Source: Candidatus Kapaibacterium sp. (GTDB taxonomy: Bacteria > Bacteroidota > Ignavibacteria > Kapaibacteriales > UBA2268). Taken from it: a DNA stretch of 64,000 nt. The stretch spans positions 5,280,001-5,344,000 of the forward strand of contig OY762428.1 of assembly GCA_963665665.1 (NCBI GenBank), given 5' to 3'. The position numbers and the translations under genes are program-made. Each line of letters starts with the position of its first letter. Within the stretch, counting starts at the first letter, position 1. Positions 1-10,147 of this stretch are shown here, piece by piece. The notes beneath the pieces were generated by a model that saw only the letters and a program-made list of their open reading frames with translations, had not been told where the DNA came from and did not search any database.

Positions 1-27
1 AGTTTATAAATTATTGCAGGAATAGAA

Positions 28-1479
28 ATGAAATATTTACTACTTTTAATTTTCCCGACTATACTTATCGCATCACAACCCGAATTTAATAATTATTTCA
101 ATGACCAGACAATGAGGATAGATTATTTTCATTTTGGCCATGCAAATAGTGATAATGTATCAATCGATAAAATTTATCAATACGACAAATGGGCAGGGAA
201 TCCGAATAAACTGATTGACAATTTCAACAATGGCGCTTATTATATAAAGATTTATGACTATCAAAGCGGACAGTTGATATATTCCTATGGCTTTGATTCT
301 TACTTCAAGGAATACAAAACCACGCGAGCAGGTATTGAAGGAAAAACAAAAGTTTATAGTGAAACAGCCAGAATTCCATTTCCAAAATCCAAGATATATT
401 TATCGGTTGAAATGAGATTAAGAGACCTTTCCCTGAAAGAAGTTTTCAGAACTGTAATTGATCCGAACGATGTTTCCATCATTTTTATGAAAAAACAAAA
501 AGTAAACCTGCTGATTGATGAAACTCATATTAGCGGGAACTGTCATGATAAACTGGATATTCTGATAGTGGGCGAGGGCTATTCAAAAGAAGAAACCGAA
601 AAATTCAAAAAGGATATGCAGCGTTTCAAAGATGTATTATTCAAATACCAACCTTATGCTGATTACAAAGATAAAATTAACCTGAGAGGAATTGTTGAAC
701 CTATGGATGAAAGTGGTGTTGACGAGCCAAGAGCCGGAATTTTTAAAAACAGCTCGCTTTCCTGTACTTTCAATTCTCTCGGTTCCGAACGCTACCTGCT
801 TACCGAGGACAATAAATCATTACAGGATATTGCTTATAATCTTCCATTTGATGCCCTTTATATTATGGTGAATAGTGAGCGATACGGTGGCGGCGGAATT
901 TATAATTTCTATTGCACATTTACAGCTGATAACCAGTGGTTCGAATATCTTTTTACACATGAATTCGGCCATTCTTTTGGCGGCCTGGCTGATGAATATT
1001 TTACTTCCAGTACAGCTTACGAAGAGTTTTATCCCAAAGGCATTGAACCTGTTGAACCGAATATTACCGCACATCCCGAAGATTTGAAATGGAATGAATT
1101 TATCAGCAAAGGAATTGAGATACCGACTCCCTGGAATAAAAAGGCATTCATTGATCAGGGAATTGTTTGGGGTAAGAAACGAATGGAAATGAATGATAAT
1201 ATTGCCAGGCTAAAGAAAATTGCTGCTCCTGAGAAAGATATAAAAGAAGCCGAGAAAGAGTATGTTAAACTTGACAGAAAAAATTCCGAAGAAGTTGATG
1301 CATTGATCAGGGATAATAAATATTATGGTAAAGTCGGAGCATTCGAAGGGGCCGGTTATGTTGCCGAAGGGCTTTATCGCCCTATGATAGACTGTATAAT
1401 GTTTTCCAAAGGCAGCAAACCATTCTGCAAAGTATGTGAAAATGCAATTATTAAAAGAATTCTTCATTATGTGAATTAA
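28..1479 (+). CDS. Peptidase M64 family (IgA peptidase-like) zinc metallopeptidase, secreted
   Basis: Signal peptide; DILIVGEGY motif; HEFGHSFGGLADEY zinc-binding motif; GAFEGAGY..GLYRP..DCIM..FCKVC C-terminus typical of M64. Confidence 0.9.
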   Translation: MKYLLLLIFPTILIASQPEFNNYFNDQTMRIDYFHFGHANSDNVSIDKIYQYDKWAGNPNKLIDNFNNGAYYIKIYDYQSGQLIYSYGFDSYFKEYKTTRAGIEGKTKVYSETARIPFPKSKIYLSVEMRLRDLSLKEVFRTVIDPNDVSIIFMKKQKVNLLIDETHISGNCHDKLDILIVGEGYSKEETEKFKKDMQRFKDVLFKYQPYADYKDKINLRGIVEPMDESGVDEPRAGIFKNSSLSCTFNSLGSERYLLTEDNKSLQDIAYNLPFDALYIMVNSERYGGGGIYNFYCTFTADNQWFEYLFTHEFGHSFGGLADEYFTSSTAYEEFYPKGIEPVEPNITAHPEDLKWNEFISKGIEIPTPWNKKAFIDQGIVWGKKRMEMNDNIARLKKIAAPEKDIKEAEKEYVKLDRKNSEEVDALIRDNKYYGKVGAFEGAGYVAEGLYRPMIDCIMFSKGSKPFCKVCENAIIKRILHYVN

Positions 1480-1701
1480 TAAATATTCCTGACCTTAAAA
1501 AGTAATCTATTTATTACCGGTATTGATATCCGGAAAAAGAGTCTAGATTTTTTAAATGAAATAGTCAATTATGATAAATCATTAAACAATGCTTTGAGGT
1601 ATGCTGTTTCTTGATTATATTGAATATTGTTGTTTCGGGAATACAGCAGGTGATAGCAATTACTGTTGTAAAAAAGGTAAACTTATTATTGAGAATTGAA
1701 G

Positions 1702-2571
1702 ATGAGAAAAATTTTATTTGTATTGGCATTCCTTATTTCGGTTCCGTTAATAGCAGACGATTTGGAAAATCTGCTTGACGGGGAACTTGATAAAGAAATT
1801 ATTTACGAGAGCGCTACATTCAAATCAACAAGAGTGGTAAACTGTCATTCAATTGAACGTGTTCGGGGAGGAGAACTTGATTTCAGGGTAGCACACAGGT
1901 TTGGCAGATTAAATTCCGGATTTGATGATTTCTTCGGATTTGATGATGCAAGTACTTATATCAGCCTTGAAACTGGCATAACCGATTGGATGATGGTTGG
2001 CCTGGGGCATGCCACAGTTAGAAAATTCAATAACGGCTTTTTGAAACTCAGCTTACTTCGCCAGGCAAAAGAAAATGCTTTCATACCCGTTTCCGTGTCT
2101 GCTTTCACGAGCATAGCACACACTTCTGTCGAATATCCTGATAGTGACCCCCGGGATGAATTTGATTCCAGGCTTGAATATGCTTTTCAGTTATTGATTG
2201 CGAGGAAATTCACATCTGATCTGTCTGTACAACTATCCCCGACTATTGTTCACAGGAATATTGTAATGGGGGAGAATGATAATAATCTTTACTCCATTGG
2301 GCTTAGTGGCAGGTATAAATTATCAAACTGGGTATCGGTCAATATTGAGTATTTCCCTGTCTTGAATAAGGATGATATGAGCGGGGCCGAATTTTTCGAT
2401 CCTATTGCTATTGGATTTGATATTGAAACCGGCGGGCATGTGTTCCAATTGTATGTTACCAATGGGATTAGCATTATTGAAAGCGGCTATATTGGCAGGA
2501 CGAGCGGAAACCTGATTGATGGTGACATACACATTGGTTTCAATATTTCAAGAATGTTTAATTTATTTTAA
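1702..2571 (+). CDS. DUF5777 family outer-membrane beta-barrel protein
   Basis: TFKSTRVVNCHS, LDFRVAHRFG, GFDIETGGHVFQL and GFNISRMF motifs; signal peptide. ATG at 1702 preferred over TTG at 1696. Confidence 0.8.
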   Translation: MRKILFVLAFLISVPLIADDLENLLDGELDKEIIYESATFKSTRVVNCHSIERVRGGELDFRVAHRFGRLNSGFDDFFGFDDASTYISLETGITDWMMVGLGHATVRKFNNGFLKLSLLRQAKENAFIPVSVSAFTSIAHTSVEYPDSDPRDEFDSRLEYAFQLLIARKFTSDLSVQLSPTIVHRNIVMGENDNNLYSIGLSGRYKLSNWVSVNIEYFPVLNKDDMSGAEFFDPIAIGFDIETGGHVFQLYVTNGISIIESGYIGRTSGNLIDGDIHIGFNISRMFNLF

Positions 2572-2587
2572 ATTAATAATGAATATT

Positions 2588-3145
2588 ATGAAGAAAAATT
2601 TTTTTTTATTACTATTATTATGTCTTACAGGTTTTTCGGTTTCCAATGCCGAAAAATATTTCACCCGGACTGCAAAAATTCACTTCGTATCCGAGACAAA
2701 AATTATTGATATTGCAGGAACATCCGATCAGGCGATTTCTTTTTTAAATATTGAAAACGGTGATATTGTTTTCGGTATTCTGATTCAATCATTCAAATTT
2801 GATCAGGCTCTGGCAGAAGAACACTTTAATGAGAACTACATGGAATCTGATGATTTTCCCAAAGCAAAATTCAAAGGAAAAATTACAAACCTTTCCGATA
2901 TTGATTTTAAAAAAAATGGTATATACAAAGTAAAAATCTCAGGAAAATTGACAATTCACGGAGTTACAAAAGAAATAGTGACGGATGCAGAAATCATAGT
3001 GAAAGGCCAAAAAATTACCGGCAAGTGTAAATTTAAAGTAGATGTTTATGACTACGGGATTGAAATTCCGGAGATTGTATCCGACAAAGTGAACAGGATA
3101 ATACCAATTGAAATTATTGCTGATTATGAAGAATTTAAGAGATAG
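2588..3145 (+). CDS. YceI family lipid/polyisoprenoid-binding protein
   Basis: Signal peptide; EEHFNENYMESDDFPKAKFKG and GKLTIHGVTKEI motifs. Start moved to ATG 2588, after the upstream stop. Confidence 0.88.
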   Translation: MKKNFFLLLLLCLTGFSVSNAEKYFTRTAKIHFVSETKIIDIAGTSDQAISFLNIENGDIVFGILIQSFKFDQALAEEHFNENYMESDDFPKAKFKGKITNLSDIDFKKNGIYKVKISGKLTIHGVTKEIVTDAEIIVKGQKITGKCKFKVDVYDYGIEIPEIVSDKVNRIIPIEIIADYEEFKR

Positions 3146-3147
3146 TT

Positions 3148-3564
3148 ATGAAAAAGTTTATTATCACGGGTGTTTTTGTTGCTGTAGCATTAGCACTTAT
3201 TATTGTCTATAACTTTGTTTTCTCCGGGAAATCCGGATATTCTGACGTTGAACCCGAATACAGGATCAGCGCAGAAAAACTTTTCGAGGAATTCGAAGTA
3301 GATGAGGAAGCTTCCAATAAAAAGTACCTTTCTAAGATCATTGAAGTGGAAGGAAAAATTATAAAATCCGAAATTTCAGAAACTAAAAGAATATTATTTC
3401 TTGACACCGGTTCCGATATTGGAATGATCAGTTGTTCAATGTTCGATACAGAATCCAAGATCAGTTTCACGCATAACAGTATGATAAAGCTTCGGGGTAA
3501 ATGTGCCGGTTTCCTAATGGATGTAACTTTAACTGACTGCGTAATAATCGGGAATGGAAAATGA
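3148..3564 (+). CDS. OB-fold (tRNA_anti-like) membrane-anchored protein
   Basis: N-terminal TM segment; ISAEKLFEEFEVDEEASNKKYLSKIIEVEGKI and RGKCAGFLMDVTLTDCVI pattern; sits with DUF5777/YceI. Confidence 0.7.
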   Translation: MKKFIITGVFVAVALALIIVYNFVFSGKSGYSDVEPEYRISAEKLFEEFEVDEEASNKKYLSKIIEVEGKIIKSEISETKRILFLDTGSDIGMISCSMFDTESKISFTHNSMIKLRGKCAGFLMDVTLTDCVIIGNGK

Positions 3565-4205
3565 AGAAAATCTTAGTTTTACTATTAATATCATTATTTG
3601 TATCATGCAAAAATGAAAAAATTCCGATTGCTGCAGAATCCGGAGCAATAAAAGGTGAAGTTCTTGATGCAATGACCGGGCCTACGTACACAGCAACAGC
3701 TCCGGTAACTGGAGCAAATGTTTTTACATACCCGTTTATATCAGAAGCACTAAGTGATGTTAACGGTGAATTCCTGCTACAGGGAATACCTTCAGGTTGG
3801 TATTATCTTTATGCTGAAAAACAAGGTTACAACAAAATAATGATGCCTGTTGAAGTATTTTCTGATAAAGTCTCAGAGTCAAAGATACTCCTTAGGCCAC
3901 TAAACGAAGAAAACATACCCCCGGACACAGCTGTATGTTTGTATCCCAAGGATGGTTTCAATGTTTATGTAACAGATTTTGAGCTTCAGTGGGAATGCAC
4001 TGATCCTGATAGTAATCTCGTATTTTTTGATGTTTTTCTTGATGAAACAAATCCACCGTTTAAAAAAATTTACAGTTCGATCATGAGCCAGACTGCAAAA
4101 GTGGATAGCCTTGAAAAAGGTAAGGATTATTATTGGAGAATTTATGCCCAGGACTGGAACCATGCTTCAGTTCTCGGCCCGGTTTGGAAATTTACTGTAA
4201 AATAA
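3561..4205 (+). CDS. Lipoprotein with carboxypeptidase-regulatory-like domain and C-terminal FN3-like domain
   Basis: Lipobox FVSC; GAIKGEVLDA..SDVNGEFLLQGIPSGWYYLYAEKQGY; LQWECTDPD..YYWRIYAQD..GPVWKF. Confidence 0.7.
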   Translation: MKKILVLLLISLFVSCKNEKIPIAAESGAIKGEVLDAMTGPTYTATAPVTGANVFTYPFISEALSDVNGEFLLQGIPSGWYYLYAEKQGYNKIMMPVEVFSDKVSESKILLRPLNEENIPPDTAVCLYPKDGFNVYVTDFELQWECTDPDSNLVFFDVFLDETNPPFKKIYSSIMSQTAKVDSLEKGKDYYWRIYAQDWNHASVLGPVWKFTVK

Positions 4206-4206
4206 A

Positions 4207-4366
4207 CAAAAAGGACAGTCGCCGCATACTTTTGTCCCCGTAATCATTTTCTAATGATTTTACGACGCTGTCCTGATTGAAGTACATATTTTTCAAAGCT
4301 TGCTAAAAAAAGTTGCCCGGGGTTTGACAGACAAAAAGCCGACATAACACACGAACCCCCGGCAAC
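4207..4366 (-). ncRNA. Candidate small RNA: two tandem large-loop hairpins, each followed by a U-tract on the minus strand
   Basis: AGGACAG..CTGTCCT stem (about 4212-4274) and GTTGCC.GGGG..CCCC.GGCAAC stem (4312-4366), each preceded by an A-run on the + strand; no minus-strand CDS feeds them. Confidence 0.3.
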
Positions 4367-4603
4367 CCAGTCAAAGAACATGATTCTACGAACCCTTTAG
4401 CAACTCATGCTCTGAATACAAATACACTCCTGTTATTATTTTGTTACCTGCCAGTGAAAATTATTTTTTATTTAAATAAATTATAATGCCGTGTAACACA
4501 AAGGATTGATTTTGAACCTATATATAAAATATTAATTTCTTGTAATAATTCGCTGAAATTCATATATTAAATAAATCAATGAAAAACTATCCGGGGAATT
4601 AGA

Positions 4604-6208
4604 ATGAAACACATCTTAATAATATTATTATCAATGCTTTGTGCCTATTACTTAAAAGCCGAGGTTTATGAGGTTGGCAATGATAAAGAATATCAGCGTA
4701 TTGGCGACGTACCCTGGGAATCCCCATTGAATGCAGGAGATACGGTTAAAATTTATCAAAGGGATCAGCCATACAGGGAAAAATGGCTTATAACAGGCGC
4801 TGGTACTGATCATAGTCCGATTGTAATAATTGGAATACCCAATGATGCCGGATTAAAACCCGTGATTGATGGTGAAAATGCTATCACATGCCCTCGACAG
4901 AATTATTGGAACGAACCGCGTGGCGTAATAAAGATCGGCGGTTCCAATATTCCCGCTGACCAGATGCCTGAAAATATTATACTTCAGGGGCTGGATATAA
5001 GATCGGGGAGGGTTCCTTATGCATTCACAGGCAGGAACGGCATTACAGAGTATGAATGGAACAGCGCGGGCATATTTATTGAAAAAGGAAACAATATTAC
5101 AATTATGGATTGCGATTTGCACGACAATGGCAACGGGCTTTTCATAGCCGAACAGACCAACAATGCCCTGATACATGGCTGTCGCATCTACGATAATGGT
5201 AATCCGGGCCGCTATTTAGAACATAATTCCTACACAAGCGCTATGGGAATAATATTTCAGTTTAACTATTACGGACCGCTTAAAGAAGGTTGCGATGGCA
5301 ATAACCTTAAGGACAGATCAGCAGGGCTGATTGTACGTTATAACCATATCGAGGACGGAAACCGCCAGCTTGATCTTGTGGACGCAGGAAGCGAAGAACT
5401 TATAAACGATCCTTCATACAGGGAAACTTATGTTTATGGCAACGTCCTGGTGGAACACGATGGCGAGGGCAACAGCCAGATGATACATTACGGCGGAGAT
5501 TCAGGCGATGAAAACCGCCTCAGAAAAGGAACATTGTATCTATATAACAACACAATTGTCTCTTACAGGAGCGGTAACACAACACTTGTAAGGCTTTCAT
5601 CGGAACATGAGCAATGCCAGGCATTTAACAATATTATTATGGCAGATCATCTTGGATTTATCTCTGATAACGGATTCTTATGTCTTGAGAATAACTTCTT
5701 CAAAAACAATGCAGTTGTGTCGCATTCGGCTACAAACGGCGAAGTCGATGAAGAAAATAATATTAAAGCCGACGATCCGGGATTCATGGATTATTCCTGC
5801 GGGGATTTTCACCTTACAGAGAATTCCGTATGTATAGGCGCAGGGATTGATTTTCCACAGAATATCATTGAAAAAGGCCTGACACCGTTAATGGAACCCG
5901 ATATGGAAGACAGACAATACAAATCGCCGCCGGACCTCGGGGCGTTCGCGTACCCGGACGACTCGGGTATAGATGATCCTGTCGAGGAGGAAATAATTGC
6001 ATGGCCGAATCCGTTCAGAGAAGTTTTAAATATTCGCACGAGGTTCGGACAGCAAATCCGGATACAAAATATACTGGGGCAGCTTATAATGGAATACAAA
6101 GCCGGGACGGACGGCAAAGTTGAATTTCAACCGCAGGCACCAGGAATTTATTTCATAACAATCAGCAGTACAAACGGAAAAACGGTTTATAAGGCCGTAA
6201 AGATATAA
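4604..6208 (+). CDS. Secreted right-handed parallel beta-helix protein (polysaccharide lyase-like) with T9SS type A sorting domain
   Basis: Signal peptide; Asn/Gly-rich beta-helix repeats (GNNITIMDCDLHDNGNGLF, GNNLKDRSAG); DFHLTENSVCIGAG and PDLGAFAY; C-terminal WPNPF..LNI..PGIYFITI..KAVKI. Confidence 0.8.
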   Translation: MKHILIILLSMLCAYYLKAEVYEVGNDKEYQRIGDVPWESPLNAGDTVKIYQRDQPYREKWLITGAGTDHSPIVIIGIPNDAGLKPVIDGENAITCPRQNYWNEPRGVIKIGGSNIPADQMPENIILQGLDIRSGRVPYAFTGRNGITEYEWNSAGIFIEKGNNITIMDCDLHDNGNGLFIAEQTNNALIHGCRIYDNGNPGRYLEHNSYTSAMGIIFQFNYYGPLKEGCDGNNLKDRSAGLIVRYNHIEDGNRQLDLVDAGSEELINDPSYRETYVYGNVLVEHDGEGNSQMIHYGGDSGDENRLRKGTLYLYNNTIVSYRSGNTTLVRLSSEHEQCQAFNNIIMADHLGFISDNGFLCLENNFFKNNAVVSHSATNGEVDEENNIKADDPGFMDYSCGDFHLTENSVCIGAGIDFPQNIIEKGLTPLMEPDMEDRQYKSPPDLGAFAYPDDSGIDDPVEEEIIAWPNPFREVLNIRTRFGQQIRIQNILGQLIMEYKAGTDGKVEFQPQAPGIYFITISSTNGKTVYKAVKI

Positions 6209-6256
6209 ATTAAAAAGGATTAAAGCTTAAATTCCATAATAGAAACATAATATATT

Positions 6257-6284
6257 ATGCAATATAATCTACATTATGTAAACT
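6257..6284 (+). other. dif-like XerC/XerD recombination site
   Basis: ATGCAATATAA-TCTACA-TTATGTAAACT has the 11-6-11 layout with inner ATAA/TTAT palindrome; right arm matches the TTATGTAAACT XerD-type arm; intergenic between convergent genes. Confidence 0.55.
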
Positions 6285-6394
6285 AACTTATATTATGCAA
6301 TATCCATATCAAATACATTTTCAGGCCTGCCTCTTCCCTTTTTAGTGTAAATAGTGAAAGTTTTTTATATTTCATAATTCACACTCCAAGATCA

Positions 6395-8149
6395 TCATTT
6401 ACTCATCTGAAGTATAACAAGCTTGGCATAGATACCATTTTTCTCAATAAGTTCCTTGTGAGTGCCACTTTCCCGTATTTCCCCATGGTGAAGGACTATT
6501 ATCCTGTCGGCTTTTTTAACTGTGCTCAGCCTGTGAGCAATTACTATTGAAGTTCTGCCGCTGAATAATTTATGTAGTGAATTTTCGATGATATGTTCCG
6601 TCCCCGAATCAATTCCCGAACTTGCCTCATCCAGGATCAGTATTTCAGGATCTGCGGCAAAAGCCCTGCAAATAGCTATGAGCTGCTTTTGTCCGGTTGA
6701 CAAATTTGCTCCGAAATCTCCCGGATCGTATGCGAACCGGCCCGGCAGTTTGGATATAAAACCATAAGCCCCAACTGATTTTGCAGCTTCAATTAGTTTT
6801 TTATCATCGGGTTTGGACCCCGGGATAATATTTTCCGCCAGGCTGCCCCTGAAAATGATATTTTCCTGCATAACAAGGGCGGTTAATTTTCTAAAGGCAA
6901 TTGGATTTACTTCCCTGATATCAACTCCGTCAATGAAAATGTTACCAGAAAATCCATCGTAGAATCTGAGCAACAGGTTTACAATGGTTGTTTTTCCCGA
7001 TCCTGTTGCTCCAACAATAGCTACGGTCTCCCCTTTTTTTACTTCAAAATTTATATCTCTCAATACCTGTTTTTTTCCGTCATAAGAAAATGCTAAGTTT
7101 TTGAAATGAATGCTTTGCTTGAAACTATTTTTATTGTTTCCCAAATTGTTTTCAATACTGTCCTCATCAAGGAAGGAAAATATTTTCTCGGATGATGCCA
7201 TTGCAGCCTGTAAAGTTGTATATTTCTCGGAAAGATCACGCACCGGACGAAAGAACATCTCGATATACTGCATGAATGCAATTACAACCCCGGCGCTTAG
7301 CGAATGGGATATAACCGACCCGGCAGAATACCATAACGCCAATCCAAGCGCAAAACCACTTATTAACTCTATTGCCGGAAAGAACATCGAGAAATATTTA
7401 ACTCCTTTCAGATTCAGAGATAATGCACTGAAGTTCAGGAAATTGAAATCATCTTTACTCTTGTTTTCAGCATTGAATTGCTTCACAACATGAATACCGC
7501 TGAAAGTTTCGTTCAGGAAAGAATTCATTTCTGAAATTTTAATCCTGACCAATCGATAGATCTCGCGAATTTTTTTCCTGAAAAAGAAACTGACCGCAAG
7601 CAAAACCGGTAGTACTGACAATGTAATTAATGCCAGCCCCGCATCGGTATAAAACATGAATGCAACAATCCAGACAATATAAGCTATATCAGCGATAATC
7701 AGGACAATTCCTGATGTAAAGAGTTTGTTCATTGCCTCGACGTCGTTTGTAACGCGCGTTACCGGGCTTCCGACTGGATGCTTGTCAAACCAGGATATCA
7801 ATAGTGTGTGAATTTTGTCAAAAAGGGCTTTTCTGATATCAAAAAGGACTTTCTGCCCGGTTCTGTTCATAACATAAGTCTGAAAATATTTCAATATGCC
7901 CCGCACTACCAATACAATAGTAATCAATATTGCAATTTTCAGTACTCCGTTATAATCACCGTCGGGAATGTATTCATCAATGGCAATTTTGCTTAGGTAT
8001 GGTGTAAGTGGCGCAATGCCGGAACCTAAAATGGCAAGAACAAAAGCCGAGATAGCTGCTAATTTATATGGTTTCATAAATGCCAGCAACCTTTTCACGA
8101 GTTTCCACTCCGGCTTTTTATATTCAACCGTAAAACTAACGTTCCTCAT
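6395..8149 (-). CDS. ABC transporter ATP-binding/permease protein (MsbA/MdlB-like exporter)
   Basis: N-terminal multi-TM domain; Walker A GATGSGKT; signature LSTGQKQ; Walker B ILILDE; IAHRLST. Confidence 0.93.
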   Translation of the reverse strand: MRNVSFTVEYKKPEWKLVKRLLAFMKPYKLAAISAFVLAILGSGIAPLTPYLSKIAIDEYIPDGDYNGVLKIAILITIVLVVRGILKYFQTYVMNRTGQKVLFDIRKALFDKIHTLLISWFDKHPVGSPVTRVTNDVEAMNKLFTSGIVLIIADIAYIVWIVAFMFYTDAGLALITLSVLPVLLAVSFFFRKKIREIYRLVRIKISEMNSFLNETFSGIHVVKQFNAENKSKDDFNFLNFSALSLNLKGVKYFSMFFPAIELISGFALGLALWYSAGSVISHSLSAGVVIAFMQYIEMFFRPVRDLSEKYTTLQAAMASSEKIFSFLDEDSIENNLGNNKNSFKQSIHFKNLAFSYDGKKQVLRDINFEVKKGETVAIVGATGSGKTTIVNLLLRFYDGFSGNIFIDGVDIREVNPIAFRKLTALVMQENIIFRGSLAENIIPGSKPDDKKLIEAAKSVGAYGFISKLPGRFAYDPGDFGANLSTGQKQLIAICRAFAADPEILILDEASSGIDSGTEHIIENSLHKLFSGRTSIVIAHRLSTVKKADRIIVLHHGEIRESGTHKELIEKNGIYAKLVILQMSK

Positions 8150-9948
8150 TTTCCAGCCTCAATTTCACGCCCATTCATCAAAGAAGATATATGCTCAAGC
8201 TTTTCAGCAAATATTTCATCAATACCCGGCTGGATATCAACGTGTTTCACTTTGTTGCCACTATACCAGAAACTCATACCTGCCTCTGCCCCCTCGTAAG
8301 CTATCAGGTATTTATCACATCCGGGCAGGGTTAAAATATTTTTAACATCAATATCCATTTCCTCAAATACGGTTTTCAATCCGGAATAAACAACAACAGG
8401 CAGCCGGCTCAGAGGTTTGCCCGTAAAAGGGATTTCTTCGACAGGTACAATTTTATCTGTTCTGATAGCTTCAGTTACATCATTTTCATTTTTTAAATTA
8501 ACTTTTCTTACCGGCTCATTAATATACCATGCTTTCTCTGCTGCCCTCGTTATAGCGGTATAAGCCCATCTAAAAAATCCTATATTATTATAACCTCTTG
8601 GCCCGGCTTTAAAATCAATAAAAGCTTTGCTCCACTCACCGCCCTGTGATTTATGGCATGTAATCGCGTAACCGAATTTCACCCTTAAGCAATTCAGGTA
8701 GGGATCATGTTTTATCAGAGCCTGGTATTCCGCCGAAGACGTCCGGAGGCCGGGATACCTGCCCCTGAAATCCTGATATAGGGCCTGCGTTTCAAGGCTG
8801 CCAATGTCTCTTTCGGTGGAATAAAGTAAAGGCTCGTAAATTTTGCATATAATATCAGTATGTTTTCCGTTGAAATCAGGAAAGCGGATTGTCAGGTCGC
8901 GGAATACAAGTTTAATAATTTCCGGGCCTTCTTTTCCATATACGGATACGGACTTTTCCTCGGCCTTCCTTCCGGCCCGGATAACCTCTCCAATCTCACC
9001 ATTCATCAGGTCAATTTTATAATTATATGTATTATTAACAACCATAACTCGATCGCCCTTACAAATTGATGCTTTTGAAGGAAAAAAATGCTTCCTGATC
9101 ATTTCGTTGTAATAACTTACCTGGCGGTTTGTAAAGGCTATCAAAATTGTTTCCGGATCAGGCTTATTACCACAGGCTTTGATATAATCATTCATAAAGT
9201 CGTGTTTGGCAGTACTATATGTATATTTACTGTCGGCGGTTATCGATATATTATAAAAATCCTCATCCCTGATACTGTTTCTAAGCGCCGTGGCATTAGC
9301 CAGAATTGAGCTTTCTTCTTTTTGCCGGACTATGTCTGTCATTTCAAAAACAGGAACATTCAATTCAAAGTTGAAATCATAATAATCAGGGCTAAGCGCA
9401 GGTGAATATTCAGAATTAACAGGAGGCAACTGTGCGGGGTCGCCAAAGAAAATAATTTTATTTTTCCTGATATTTACGAACTCAATCAGATCCTGCAGCA
9501 AATGCCCCGAACCAAACCTGAAAATGTCCTGTTCCGAATACAAGTCCGATATCATCGAGGCTTCGTCAACAAGAATCACCCCGTTAAGCATATCATTTTC
9601 TTTTAGTTCAAAAATAAATTGAAACAGCCTGCCAGTGGATTTTTTCCTTGCTCCGGCACGGTTTTCGGTGTCAATCTGATAAATTCCACGATGGATTGTT
9701 TCAGCAGCCTGCCCTGATTTTTCTGAAATAACCCTGGCGGCCCTGCCCGTTGGCGCAAGAACAGAATATTGCCTGCCGTGGGCTTCAAGGTATGCTGCAA
9801 GTTTATCAAGTAAAAATGTTTTCCCTGTACCGGCATATCCTTTCAATATAAAAACCGGATCAGAACTTTCAATAAATTCATCCATCAACTCTGCCGCTCT
9901 TTTCTGGGAGTGGCTCAATTCACTATCTATGAACTCTGTAAAACTCAA
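8146..9948 (-). CDS. RecD-like superfamily 1 ATP-dependent DNA helicase (AAA_30/UvrD_C_2)
   Basis: GYAGTGKT, LAPTGRAA, VDEASM, GDPAQLPPV and YAITCHKSQGGEW helicase motifs. Confidence 0.9.
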   Translation of the reverse strand: MSFTEFIDSELSHSQKRAAELMDEFIESSDPVFILKGYAGTGKTFLLDKLAAYLEAHGRQYSVLAPTGRAARVISEKSGQAAETIHRGIYQIDTENRAGARKKSTGRLFQFIFELKENDMLNGVILVDEASMISDLYSEQDIFRFGSGHLLQDLIEFVNIRKNKIIFFGDPAQLPPVNSEYSPALSPDYYDFNFELNVPVFEMTDIVRQKEESSILANATALRNSIRDEDFYNISITADSKYTYSTAKHDFMNDYIKACGNKPDPETILIAFTNRQVSYYNEMIRKHFFPSKASICKGDRVMVVNNTYNYKIDLMNGEIGEVIRAGRKAEEKSVSVYGKEGPEIIKLVFRDLTIRFPDFNGKHTDIICKIYEPLLYSTERDIGSLETQALYQDFRGRYPGLRTSSAEYQALIKHDPYLNCLRVKFGYAITCHKSQGGEWSKAFIDFKAGPRGYNNIGFFRWAYTAITRAAEKAWYINEPVRKVNLKNENDVTEAIRTDKIVPVEEIPFTGKPLSRLPVVVYSGLKTVFEEMDIDVKNILTLPGCDKYLIAYEGAEAGMSFWYSGNKVKHVDIQPGIDEIFAEKLEHISSLMNGREIEAGK

Positions 9949-10125
9949 TCGCTCACTTTTTGATTTTAAAAAAATATCAAAGTAGTTTAGAAAATTGGAA
10001 AATATGAAAAAAAATGTTTATCTTTAACCTGACTTTTGGGAATTGTATAATTATTTGAAAATTTGTAATATTATGATTTTGGATCATGTTATTAACTAAT
10101 CAACTTATTGTGTTGAAATTTATAT

Positions 10126-10133
10126 TACTTTTG
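10126..10133 (+). promoter_or_regulatory. Bacteroidota-type -7 promoter element TAnnTTTG
   Basis: TACTTTTG, 14 nt upstream of the ATG at 10148. Confidence 0.4.
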
Positions 10134-10147
10134 CAAAGGAGACCCCT

